From assembly GCA_902766255.1 (NCBI GenBank), contig CACXCS010000008.1, positions 2,132 to 66,131 on the forward strand: a DNA stretch of 64,000 nt. The letters are read 5' to 3'. This stretch comes from an uncultured Bacteroidia bacterium. Lineage in GTDB: Bacteria; Bacteroidota; Bacteroidia; Bacteroidales; UBA932. Positions 9,529 through 18,379 of the stretch are shown here, piece by piece. The translations under genes were made by a program, and so were the position numbers. The notes under the pieces were generated by a model that ran no database searches, was not told where the DNA came from, and saw only the letters and a list, made by a program, of their open reading frames with translations. Within the stretch, counting starts at the first letter, position 1; each line of letters starts with the position of its first letter.

Positions 9529-9995
9529 AACGAAATATCGAGAATCTTGAATTTCATGACACCCGAGGGCACTTTGGCCTCAACCGTCTCGCCTTTGGCG
9601 TGCCCCATGAGGGCGCGGGCGATAGGGGTGGTAGCGGCAAGTTTGCCCTGCGAGAAATCGGCCTCGTTCTCCCCTACTATCGTAAATTCCATATCCCTGC
9701 CGGCGGTAAGGTTCTTGACCTTGACGCGCGTGAGCATCTGGACGGTATCGGCGGTAAGCATGGACTCGTCGATGACCTTGGCATTGGCTATGGTATTCTG
9801 GAGGTTTGCTATCTTCAGTTCAAGCAGGCCTTGTGCCTCGCGGGCGGATTCGTATTCTGCATTTTCGGACAGGTCTCCCTTCTCCCTGGCTTCGGCTATG
9901 GCCGCTGAAATAACGGGCCTGCGGGCAAGAGCCTCCGCCAAATCTTTCTTGAGTTTGTCGAGCCCTTCCTGGCTCAAATAATGTACATCTGGCAT
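9525..9995 (-). CDS. greA: Transcription elongation factor GreA
   Basis: AREKGDLSENAEY and TPIARALMG motifs; start reassigned to ATG 9995 (MPDVHYLS). Confidence 0.95.
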   Translation of the reverse strand: MPDVHYLSQEGLDKLKKDLAEALARRPVISAAIAEAREKGDLSENAEYESAREAQGLLELKIANLQNTIANAKVIDESMLTADTVQMLTRVKVKNLTAGRDMEFTIVGENEADFSQGKLAATTPIARALMGHAKGETVEAKVPSGVMKFKILDISL

Positions 9996-10008
9996 AATTG
10001 TGGTCACT

Positions 10009-10038
10009 AAAAAGGAGTCCTGCCTGAAGACAGAACTC
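10009..10038 (-). terminator. Terminator-like hairpin in the greA leader
   Basis: The minus-strand RNA GAGUUCUGUC-UUCA-GGCAGGACUC is followed by CUUUUU and lies between the promoter motif (10048-10055) and the greA ATG. Confidence 0.6.
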
Positions 10039-10047
10039 ATTACTTTG

Positions 10048-10083
10048 CAAATATAAAAAATATTTTTGATTTTCTTATCTTTG
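10048..10083. promoter_or_regulatory. Divergent -7 promoter elements for greA (minus, 10048-10055) and the phosphatase operon (plus, 10076-10083)
   Basis: CAAATATA (reverse complement TATATTTG) and TATCTTTG. Confidence 0.6.
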
Positions 10084-10099
10084 TAGTTATAACACAAAG

Positions 10100-11443
10100 A
10101 TGAAAAGAATACCTCTCATTGCCTTTGCACTGCTCATCTGCGGTTCTTTGTCCGCCCAGGGGCTGGCTCCTTCCGACGTCAAGGCTGACGTGCGCAAAGC
10201 GGCCAGCTGGTTCCGCGGTTATTCCTACGAAAAACCGGCTGCGCCTGCCAAGGCGCCCGCAGGATTCAAGCCATTCAACATAAGCACTTATGCCCGTCAT
10301 GGCGCGCGCCTGTACAGCAAAGATACACTCTACGACCAGATGCACACCCTTATGACCGGAGCCTCAGCCCAGGGAAAGCTTACACCCCTCGGCACAGAAC
10401 TTCTCGAAAGGAGTGAAGCCGTATATCACCGTGTAAAAGGACGTGCTTACGACCTCACGGAATACGGCCAGCAGCAGCACAAACAGGTAGCAGCCCGTAT
10501 ATACAAGGCATGGAAACCCGTTTTCAGGGGCCGCCGGAGCATAGCGGCCCGCTCCACCCAGACCAACCGCACCATCCTTTCGATGGCTGCCGCCCTGGAC
10601 GAATACCGCCGCCTGGACCCCGGACTGAGCATCAGCTTCGACGCTTCTGCTGCCGACATGGGCATACTCAATCCCACCAGCAAATACAATCCCAAGGCCC
10701 AGGAACGTGACTGGAGCCGTTCCTTCGAGGCCGACACCGCCCGCTGGAACCCCGCATTCAAAGCCCTGTGGGCCAGGAACATGAGCGATCCGGAGCGCTT
10801 TTTCGGCCGTTTCTTCACCGATCCTTCTTGCGTACTCAAGGTCTTCAAGGACTACATTACCGCGGCCCGCATGTTCTACTTCTACCTATGCTTCTCCGAG
10901 ACCCTCGGGCCGGAAGAGTCGCTAATGTACCTTTTGGATCCGGAGGATGCATGGAAGATGTGGGAATGCGAGAATTTCCGGATGTACAGCTGCTGCGGGG
11001 CCACTCCACTGTACCACGGCCGCAACTGGGCGCTCGAAGAGGCGCTGCTGGGCGACATACTCGAATACCTCGAAAGGGACAAGGACGGCGGAGATGTAGC
11101 CGCCCGCCTGCGCTTCGGCCACGACTACAAGATTTCAGGCACCCTGGTCCTGCTGCAGGCAGAAGGATGGGACCGCTGCGAGAGCGCACCTGAAAAAGTA
11201 TGGCAGATTTACGATTTCGGACACATGCCCATGGCGTCCACGCTGCTGTTCGCCCTGTACCGCAACTCACGGGGCGAGGTGCTCGTGCGCTGCACGCTTG
11301 ACGAGGTGCCCCAGCACTTCCCCATCCCCATCTACACCGACCGCCGCGGCCGTCCCTGGCCTGATTTTTACCGCTGGGACGACTTCCGCACCCATTGCGA
11401 CGCCCGCCTGGCCCTTGCAAACAAAATATTAGAAACAACATAG
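10100..11443 (+). CDS. Histidine acid phosphatase family protein, secreted
   Basis: Signal peptide, RHGAR catalytic motif, LTPLG and RFGHD. Confidence 0.88.
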   Translation: MKRIPLIAFALLICGSLSAQGLAPSDVKADVRKAASWFRGYSYEKPAAPAKAPAGFKPFNISTYARHGARLYSKDTLYDQMHTLMTGASAQGKLTPLGTELLERSEAVYHRVKGRAYDLTEYGQQQHKQVAARIYKAWKPVFRGRRSIAARSTQTNRTILSMAAALDEYRRLDPGLSISFDASAADMGILNPTSKYNPKAQERDWSRSFEADTARWNPAFKALWARNMSDPERFFGRFFTDPSCVLKVFKDYITAARMFYFYLCFSETLGPEESLMYLLDPEDAWKMWECENFRMYSCCGATPLYHGRNWALEEALLGDILEYLERDKDGGDVAARLRFGHDYKISGTLVLLQAEGWDRCESAPEKVWQIYDFGHMPMASTLLFALYRNSRGEVLVRCTLDEVPQHFPIPIYTDRRGRPWPDFYRWDDFRTHCDARLALANKILETT

Positions 11444-11447
11444 GTAC

Positions 11448-12857
11448 ATGTTACGAAAAATCAGAATCGCATTAGCATTGTTGTGCTTTGCCGGCATCAC
11501 CCTGCTGTTCGTAGGAATAGGGCACGACTGGTGGGGCTGGCTGCCAAAACTACAGATGATGCCGGCCACCCTGCGTCTCATAGCCGGAGCTGCTCTCGGC
11601 AACATCCTGGTAGTGCTGGGCATCCTGCTCATCACCCTGCTGCTGGGACGTATATACTGCTCGGTGCTGTGTCCTCTCGGCGTTTTCCAGGATCTGGTCC
11701 TGTGGTTCAGAAGAACCCTCGCCCGCAGGTTCAAGCCGCTGCGCAAGCGCTTCAAATTCAATAAGGAACGCAAGGTCCTGCGCTATGCCTCACTGGGTGT
11801 TTTCATTGCCTGCATCATTGCCGGGGTCCAGTTTATCGTGGCCCTGCTTGAGCCTTACAGCGCATATGGCCGCATGATTACCAGCATCGTGGGCAAGGGC
11901 CCGGCGCCGGTTATAATTACCGCGGCAATCACTGCCATTGTGGTAATAATCTGCTCCGCCCTGTGGGGCAGGGCCTGGTGCAACACCATCTGTCCTGTGG
12001 GTACCTTGCTGGGCACAATAAGCCGCTGGTCCATAATGGGAATAAGGGTGGACGAGGACAAATGCATCAAATGCGGTTCCTGCGCCAAGCAATGCAAGGC
12101 ATCATGCCTGGATTCCGAGACCCGCACGGTCGACAGGTCACGCTGCGTAGATTGCTTCGACTGTATAGATTCATGCAAAGTGAAAGCCATAAGCTTCGGG
12201 CCGGTCAAGGCCAACGGGTCTCCGGCACCCTCAAAAGGGCGCAGGGCTTTTATAGGCAGCACTGCCCTGCTGGTTTCCGCCGCAGCGTCAGGCCCGGTTG
12301 CCCGCGCCCAGGTCAAAAAACTGGACGGAGGTCTTGCCGAAGTTCTGCCCAAAGAGCCCCTGGAGCGCAATCCAAGGCTGGTTCCTCCGGGCTCCGAAGG
12401 GTATAAAGCCTTTTACAACAGCTGCACCGCGTGCCAGTTGTGCGTTACTGCATGTCCCAACGGCGTGCTGCGTCCCTCCACCGATCTGGAGCACCTTCTG
12501 CAGCCGCAAATGGGATATGAAAAGGGCTTCTGCCGCCCGGAGTGCACGGCCTGCTCGGAAGTATGCCCTGCCGGAGCCATCCAAAAGGTAACCAGGGATC
12601 AGAAAACCCTTATACGCATAGGTACGGCAGTGGTCAATCCCAGCCTGTGCTTTGCCGCCCAAGGCAAGGAAACATGCGGAAATTGCGCACACCACTGCCC
12701 CACCGGAGCTATTTCCATGATGGAGATTGACGGCTCACTCCGTCCGGTTGTTGCCGAGGAGCAGTGTATAGGATGCGGAAAATGCGAGTACCTTTGCCCC
12801 TCAAGGCCGGTCAGCGCCATTACAGTCAAAGGCTTGGAAATCCATATAAACAAGTAG
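11448..12857 (+). CDS. Membrane polyferredoxin (4Fe-4S binding; NapH/MauN-like plus NapG/MauM-like domains)
   Basis: GRIYCSVLCPLG, GRAWCNTICPVG and multiple CxxCxxCxxxCP motifs. Confidence 0.9.
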   Translation: MLRKIRIALALLCFAGITLLFVGIGHDWWGWLPKLQMMPATLRLIAGAALGNILVVLGILLITLLLGRIYCSVLCPLGVFQDLVLWFRRTLARRFKPLRKRFKFNKERKVLRYASLGVFIACIIAGVQFIVALLEPYSAYGRMITSIVGKGPAPVIITAAITAIVVIICSALWGRAWCNTICPVGTLLGTISRWSIMGIRVDEDKCIKCGSCAKQCKASCLDSETRTVDRSRCVDCFDCIDSCKVKAISFGPVKANGSPAPSKGRRAFIGSTALLVSAAASGPVARAQVKKLDGGLAEVLPKEPLERNPRLVPPGSEGYKAFYNSCTACQLCVTACPNGVLRPSTDLEHLLQPQMGYEKGFCRPECTACSEVCPAGAIQKVTRDQKTLIRIGTAVVNPSLCFAAQGKETCGNCAHHCPTGAISMMEIDGSLRPVVAEEQCIGCGKCEYLCPSRPVSAITVKGLEIHINK

Positions 12858-12859
12858 TT

Positions 12860-14191
12860 ATGGACAGAAGATCATTTTTAAAGAAAAGCGGTGCGGCGGC
12901 GGCCTTGGCCGGACTTGCCGCCTGCGGCAGTCCAAAAGCAGAAAAGAAAGCCGCCTCCGCACAGGAAATCAAAATGGACGGCCCCATGCTGCAGCATTTC
13001 GACGGGGTGGGCGTCCTGGGATATGGTTGCATGCGCTGGCCCATGACCAAGGATGACGATGGCAAGGAAGTCATTGACCAGGAGATGGTTAACCGCCTGG
13101 TCGACGAAGCCCTTGAGCACGGCGTCAACTACTTTGACACTTCGCCGGTGTACTTGCGCGGGGACTCGGAGAGGGCTACCGCCGAGGCTCTTAACCGCCA
13201 CCCCAGGGAGCAATGGCTGCTCGCCACCAAACTCTCCAACTTTGCCGACGCGAGTTATGAAAACTCGATACGCATGTACCAGCATTCACTTGAGATTTTC
13301 GATACCGACCACATCGACTACTACCTGTTGCACTCCATAGGCAGCGCCGAGGATTTCAAGCGCCGCTTCGAGGACACCGGCATCATGGAATTCCTTCTCA
13401 GTGAAAGGGAAAGCGGACGAATCCGCCATCTTGGCTTCTCCATTCACAGTCACAAGGAAGGCTTCGATTCCATGATGGAACTGCATCCCAAGTATCATTG
13501 GGACTTCGTGCAGATACAAATGAATTATATCGACTGGACCCACGCCGGTGGCCGCAACACCAATGCCGACCACATGTACGAAGAGCTAACGGCCCGTGGT
13601 ATTCCAGTCGTTATCATGGAGCCGCTTCGCGGAGGCGCCCTGGCCAGCCTGACCAAATCACAGACCGAAAGGCTCAAGGCAATCGAGCCCGACAGGAGCA
13701 TTGCCTCATGGGCATTCCGCTTTGTGGGCAGCTACCCCAATGTCCTTACTGCCCTCAGCGGTATGACTTACCCCGAGCATCTGGAAGACAACCTCAAGAC
13801 TTTCAGCAATTTCAAACCACTGAAGGAAGAAGAGTTCGCACTGCTGGAGGAGATAGCCGACGAGCAGTCGCGCTTCCCCCTGGTTGGCTGTACCGGCTGC
13901 CAGTACTGCATGCCCTGCCCCTACGGCATCAATATTCCCGGTATATTCCGCTTCTACGACAACAGCGTTATCGAGGGCACCTTTGTAAAGGGTCCCGAGC
14001 AAGAGCATTACGCACGAGCCCGCAAGCGCTACCTCCTGGAGTACGACAAAGCTGTCGAATCCATCAGGCAGGCCGACCACTGCATCTCATGCGGCAAATG
14101 CGCACCTTCCTGCCCCCAGCACATACGAATACCGAGGGAACTGAAAAGAATCGACGAGTATATCGAGAATATACGTCAGGACAAGCTTTAG
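12860..14191 (+). CDS. Aldo/keto reductase with Tat signal and C-terminal 4Fe-4S domain
   Basis: MDRRSFLK Tat motif, LGYGCMR, NYFDTSPVY, IMEPLRGG and CTGCQYCMPCP; start reassigned to 12860. Confidence 0.92.
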   Translation: MDRRSFLKKSGAAAALAGLAACGSPKAEKKAASAQEIKMDGPMLQHFDGVGVLGYGCMRWPMTKDDDGKEVIDQEMVNRLVDEALEHGVNYFDTSPVYLRGDSERATAEALNRHPREQWLLATKLSNFADASYENSIRMYQHSLEIFDTDHIDYYLLHSIGSAEDFKRRFEDTGIMEFLLSERESGRIRHLGFSIHSHKEGFDSMMELHPKYHWDFVQIQMNYIDWTHAGGRNTNADHMYEELTARGIPVVIMEPLRGGALASLTKSQTERLKAIEPDRSIASWAFRFVGSYPNVLTALSGMTYPEHLEDNLKTFSNFKPLKEEEFALLEEIADEQSRFPLVGCTGCQYCMPCPYGINIPGIFRFYDNSVIEGTFVKGPEQEHYARARKRYLLEYDKAVESIRQADHCISCGKCAPSCPQHIRIPRELKRIDEYIENIRQDKL

Positions 14192-15081
14192 AAGCAGTAG
14201 CCCAGACCTACACCCAGGGTGCCGCCTATCGCAGTTGAACCAAGCAGATAGGTGGCATCCAGTTTAAATCCCGAGAACTTCACCCCAAGACCGGCCGAGA
14301 AATAGCTGGGGAAGGCACTTTTGCCCCCGTAGCTGTAGCCAAGGCGCAGGAACGCCAGATCCTTGAAGCCATACTCTGCACCCACACCGGCCCTTATGCC
14401 CCCTTTGAAGAACAGGTCAAACTGAGCACATGCGCTCAAGGCATGCATCTCTCCAAGTGCCAGCCTGTAATCGCCGGCCACGCTGGCCGCGGTGGGAAGG
14501 CCGAATGCCGTACCGTCAGCAGCCTTGACGGAGCCGCCCAGATTGGTAACTCCGGCAAAAACCCTGGCACCTGCAAACTGCATGGAGGCGGTGATGTCTG
14601 CAGCTACAGCCGAGTACGACACCTTGGCGGCAAGCTGGTTGTAAAGGTAGCGGAATGACGCACCGGCGCTGATACTCGGTGTAATGCGATACGCCGCACC
14701 CAGCTTGAAGATCATATCCTTGGGGGAGAAAAAGCCGCTCTTTGAGCCCTGGCTGTCGTAAATATCATAACGGGCGCCGGAATCGAGACCGAACTGCGCA
14801 CCAAGGGCAAAACGCCGTCCTATGCGGGCGAACGCATCAAGATTGATGTCATTGGATTTGACACCCTTGGGTGCCCAGGAAAACCAGGACGCCGACAGGT
14901 CCAGCGATTCGGAGCCAAGACAACGGAAGGCCGCATCATCGGCGGCAGTGACACCACCAAGGCTCAGAGTGCGCACATTACGGGGCAGCGGACTGAAAGG
15001 CATGGCTACGCTTGCTGCATCCTGGGCATAGAGCCCTGCAGCGGCAAGCAGTACGTATATTATAGCACAGAATCTCTTCAT
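14188..15081 (-). CDS. PorV/PorQ-family outer-membrane beta-barrel protein (T9SS-associated)
   Basis: Signal peptide, RTLSLGG, NLGGS, GAEYGF, LRLGYSYG and a C-terminal Phe. Confidence 0.75.
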   Translation of the reverse strand: MKRFCAIIYVLLAAAGLYAQDAASVAMPFSPLPRNVRTLSLGGVTAADDAAFRCLGSESLDLSASWFSWAPKGVKSNDINLDAFARIGRRFALGAQFGLDSGARYDIYDSQGSKSGFFSPKDMIFKLGAAYRITPSISAGASFRYLYNQLAAKVSYSAVAADITASMQFAGARVFAGVTNLGGSVKAADGTAFGLPTAASVAGDYRLALGEMHALSACAQFDLFFKGGIRAGVGAEYGFKDLAFLRLGYSYGGKSAFPSYFSAGLGVKFSGFKLDATYLLGSTAIGGTLGVGLGYCF

Positions 15082-15084
15082 CGT

Positions 15085-17700
15085 TTACAGCTTTACTACA
15101 TTGGTCCTCATTGTCTTACTGCCCGACACTACGCGCACGGCGTAGATTCCGGGCGCCCAGCCGCTCATATCAACTATAGCAGGCTCAAAAGCGTCACAGG
15201 TTACAGTCTGCTCATACAAGAGCGCTCCGGCAGAATTGGAGATGCTGATACTCAATGATTTCTCCTCGCCGTCGGAAACTTTCAGGACGTCGGTGACATG
15301 GGTAGGATACACGTCAGGAGCCGATTCGGGATCACGAATCAGGACCTTCAGGTCAACGGATGCGGTGAGCCCCTTGGTATCGGTACCGGTTATGGTAACG
15401 TGCGCCAGACCATAATCCATTGTAGTAAGGTTCAACGCATCTTCTACCTGATTCAGATGCACAAGCCCCTTGGGAGAAGCATCGATGGTGTAGATCAGCT
15501 GCTCGCCGTCAGGGTCGAAGATATAGTCGCCCATGTGGATGGACTTCTTCTCGGCGGGAGAGGTAAATATCAGATTTTCAATATTTCCCTTTGCCTGAGG
15601 AGCGTGGTTTTCGAGTATCTCGTAATGCAGGGTCCAGGTGGATACGGCACCGAAATCGTCGGTCACCGCCACCACGGCCTCATACTTGCCGGGTTCCACC
15701 GCCGGGGCATAGACCTGGATCCTGTACTCAGTTATGTTGTTGAGGACCTCGGTCACGGCTGCAGAGCCGGGAGTAAGCGATATGGTGTATCCATGAGCGT
15801 CTGGATCGCTGATCTGGAAATTAATGAAAACTGACTCGTGAGCTTTAAGAGTAAGCGTCTCGCTCTGGGTCGTAGTGATAACAGGAGGGGTATTAGGCCC
15901 CGTTTCTACAAACTTTACTGCTGAAACAGGAGAATAATTCTTGCTGTAGTCAAAAGCTGCGATGGCAACATTGTAGGCCGTATTGAATCCGGGGACTACA
16001 AGGGTACCGTTAAGCTTTGCTCCTATCTTGGCGTCACCGCCGGGGACAACGGTGTAATACACACCCTGGGGCGGGTTGCGGAAGTCGATATTGTCCAGAA
16101 GGGAGCGGTCTTCACTTGCCATAAGCAAGTAGCCATAAGCCACTTTTTCGTCCGGATCCCTGGCCACCTTCCACTCAAAGTCGATGAAGTTGGAATGGAC
16201 ATTCACGCTATAGTCGCTGACCGCATCGGGGGCCTTGGTACTGCCGTACGAGAAAGATCCGAGTACATCTGTAAGCGGGCCGATCTGGGCTGATTTCGAC
16301 ATAACATTAGGATTGGCGCCGCCAAGCAGACGTTCCTTCAGCATATCACAGGTAAAGCCTGGACCGCCGAACTGGGAAACTATCAAAGCTGCTATTCCGG
16401 ATATATGGGGGCAAGCCATGGATGTACCCTGATATCCTTCGTACCTGTTGCCCGGTACAGTGCTCCAGATAGTGCCTCCGCTATACTGCTGCGAGCCACC
16501 AGGAGCCGCAATGTCCACCCAGTCGCCATAGTTGGAATAATATGCCCGGGTGAAATCGGGAGCCACGGCGCCCACGGCTACCACGGCCTCATATGCTGCC
16601 GGCCAGCCCATGCGCCACCCTTCATTGCCGGCGGCAAAAACCACCAGACCGCCCTTCATCGGGCCAACCTGCTCGCCGTTTATATCCAGTCCGGCGTATT
16701 TGATGAAGTAGTCAATCGCACCCTTCATTCCGCCGACTCCGCCATTAAGGGCATCCTTCTCGGTATCATAGACGTTACCCCAGCTGTTATTGGCGATAAC
16801 GGCGCCATGATCAGCCGCCCACACCAGGGCTTCGTAGAATCCGCCTGACTTTTCATGGTCGGGGTCGGATGGATTCGGTTCGAAAACCTGGCAGGACAAA
16901 ATCCTTACGCCACCTTTACCGTCGAGACCGCCGGCAATACCGCAAAGACCGATACCGTTATTGTTGACGGCGCCTATCGTACCTGCCACATGGGTACCGT
17001 GCCCGTTGGGAACGATCTGATATCCGCCACTCACGAAATTCCGGCTTCCGTTGGGGCCGCCGGGGATTACGACAGATGCAAGATCCTCGTGGGAAGCATC
17101 CACGCCACCGTCAATCACGGCGACGATCACGTCGCTGCTGCCACCAGTAAAATGGACCCACACGGGCTCCACATTGATATCGCAGCCGGCCTTGTGCTGC
17201 GATCCACAGGAGCCGTCATTAATATAGTGCCACTGCCTTGGCAGGAGCGGATCGTTGAAAATCGACGTTGGCTGTATACGGGGCGAACGGCCTGCATACT
17301 CCAGGCCGGGAATACCGGACATATCCCTGACTGCCTTGGTCTGAGGCATGTCGGGATCGAACTTGACCCTGTACCACTTGTGAAGACCGGCCTCGCGATG
17401 ACGGGGTTCCCATTCACCGGCATCGGGATACAGGCGTTCCACGGCTGTCACACCCATGCCGGCGAAGACCGAATTCACGGATTCGGAGCGGGTCTGAAGG
17501 AAACTGCCGCCCTGAAGGTCTTTTTCCAGCTGGGCGATAAGGTCGTCGGAAAATTCAACTATAATTTCACCAGGCACGTAGGAAGTGGTGTTGACCACAT
17601 CCTCGGACTCGGGTGCAGGTACGGACTCGCGGGGCTCCAATTCCATACTGCAAGCACACACAAGGAGCCCGGCCGCCGCCAGAAGCAGATAATTTTTCAT
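15085..17700 (-). CDS. S8 subtilisin-like serine peptidase; lipoprotein signal and T9SS-like C-terminal domain
   Basis: Catalytic triad VIDGG / HGTHVAG / GTSMACPH; C-terminus VYPT...GIYAVRV...NVVKL. Start at 17700 (MKNYLLL) overlaps the upstream stop as ATGA. Confidence 0.93.
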   Translation of the reverse strand: MKNYLLLAAAGLLVCACSMELEPRESVPAPESEDVVNTTSYVPGEIIVEFSDDLIAQLEKDLQGGSFLQTRSESVNSVFAGMGVTAVERLYPDAGEWEPRHREAGLHKWYRVKFDPDMPQTKAVRDMSGIPGLEYAGRSPRIQPTSIFNDPLLPRQWHYINDGSCGSQHKAGCDINVEPVWVHFTGGSSDVIVAVIDGGVDASHEDLASVVIPGGPNGSRNFVSGGYQIVPNGHGTHVAGTIGAVNNNGIGLCGIAGGLDGKGGVRILSCQVFEPNPSDPDHEKSGGFYEALVWAADHGAVIANNSWGNVYDTEKDALNGGVGGMKGAIDYFIKYAGLDINGEQVGPMKGGLVVFAAGNEGWRMGWPAAYEAVVAVGAVAPDFTRAYYSNYGDWVDIAAPGGSQQYSGGTIWSTVPGNRYEGYQGTSMACPHISGIAALIVSQFGGPGFTCDMLKERLLGGANPNVMSKSAQIGPLTDVLGSFSYGSTKAPDAVSDYSVNVHSNFIDFEWKVARDPDEKVAYGYLLMASEDRSLLDNIDFRNPPQGVYYTVVPGGDAKIGAKLNGTLVVPGFNTAYNVAIAAFDYSKNYSPVSAVKFVETGPNTPPVITTTQSETLTLKAHESVFINFQISDPDAHGYTISLTPGSAAVTEVLNNITEYRIQVYAPAVEPGKYEAVVAVTDDFGAVSTWTLHYEILENHAPQAKGNIENLIFTSPAEKKSIHMGDYIFDPDGEQLIYTIDASPKGLVHLNQVEDALNLTTMDYGLAHVTITGTDTKGLTASVDLKVLIRDPESAPDVYPTHVTDVLKVSDGEEKSLSISISNSAGALLYEQTVTCDAFEPAIVDMSGWAPGIYAVRVVSGSKTMRTNVVKL

Positions 17701-18374
17701 TTGTTTTCGGCTAAATAATCGACCACCGACAGAAGGCTCTGGGGGTCGTTCCATTTTACTTTGTTGGCTTTGAGGAAAGCTTTGAAGCCAGCAGGTTCCA
17801 CCACCTCAAGCACATCGCGCTTGGTGGCATAAATGCACATTCTATTTACAAATATGTACTTTTTGGTGATGAGGGGCAGGGTCTTTCCGTTCTCCTTGCT
17901 GTTCTTGAGCTCCATGTGGTTGATGTTTGTGCTCGAGTTGGTGGCACCAATGCCCTCGAGGGAGCTCAGAGACATGGTTCCCAGGGTGGTGGACGAAGAA
18001 CCGTAAGCGGCATCGGTGGAGTTAAGCTTTACAATGTCCACCTCGCTGCATTCTGCCACGTAACCGTTGTCGTTGCGGGCAAGAACCTTCATCATACGGC
18101 CTCCGGCATTGATATATGTATCGCCGCCGATGCTCGCCGAGAAGATAGTGCCGGGAGCAAGTTCCTTGATGAAGTCTCCATCGATATAATGCAATGTCGC
18201 CCTGAGAACATGCACATTAAGCTCGGTCTTTATTGACTTTCCGTCCTGGGTGAGCAACTCTCCCTGGGTAAAATCAGGATAGAGATAAGGCCAGGTGGTA
18301 GTAGGGGCGTAATGCTGTGCTGATGCCTGAAGTGCAGCAAGCATGACAATGCATGCAACAATAAAACGTTTCAT
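17697..18374 (-). CDS. Hypothetical secreted protein
   Basis: Signal peptide; 225-aa ORF tightly packed between its neighbours. Confidence 0.8.
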   Translation of the reverse strand: MKRFIVACIVMLAALQASAQHYAPTTTWPYLYPDFTQGELLTQDGKSIKTELNVHVLRATLHYIDGDFIKELAPGTIFSASIGGDTYINAGGRMMKVLARNDNGYVAECSEVDIVKLNSTDAAYGSSSTTLGTMSLSSLEGIGATNSSTNINHMELKNSKENGKTLPLITKKYIFVNRMCIYATKRDVLEVVEPAGFKAFLKANKVKWNDPQSLLSVVDYLAENK

Positions 18375-18379
18375 ATCAC

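Noticed and set aside
17701-17754. Upstream start for the S8 peptidase (and similar extensions for greA, atpD and the aldo/keto reductase)
   Set aside because: These overlap neighbouring genes or promoters; downstream ATGs give proper signal peptides or family N-termini.
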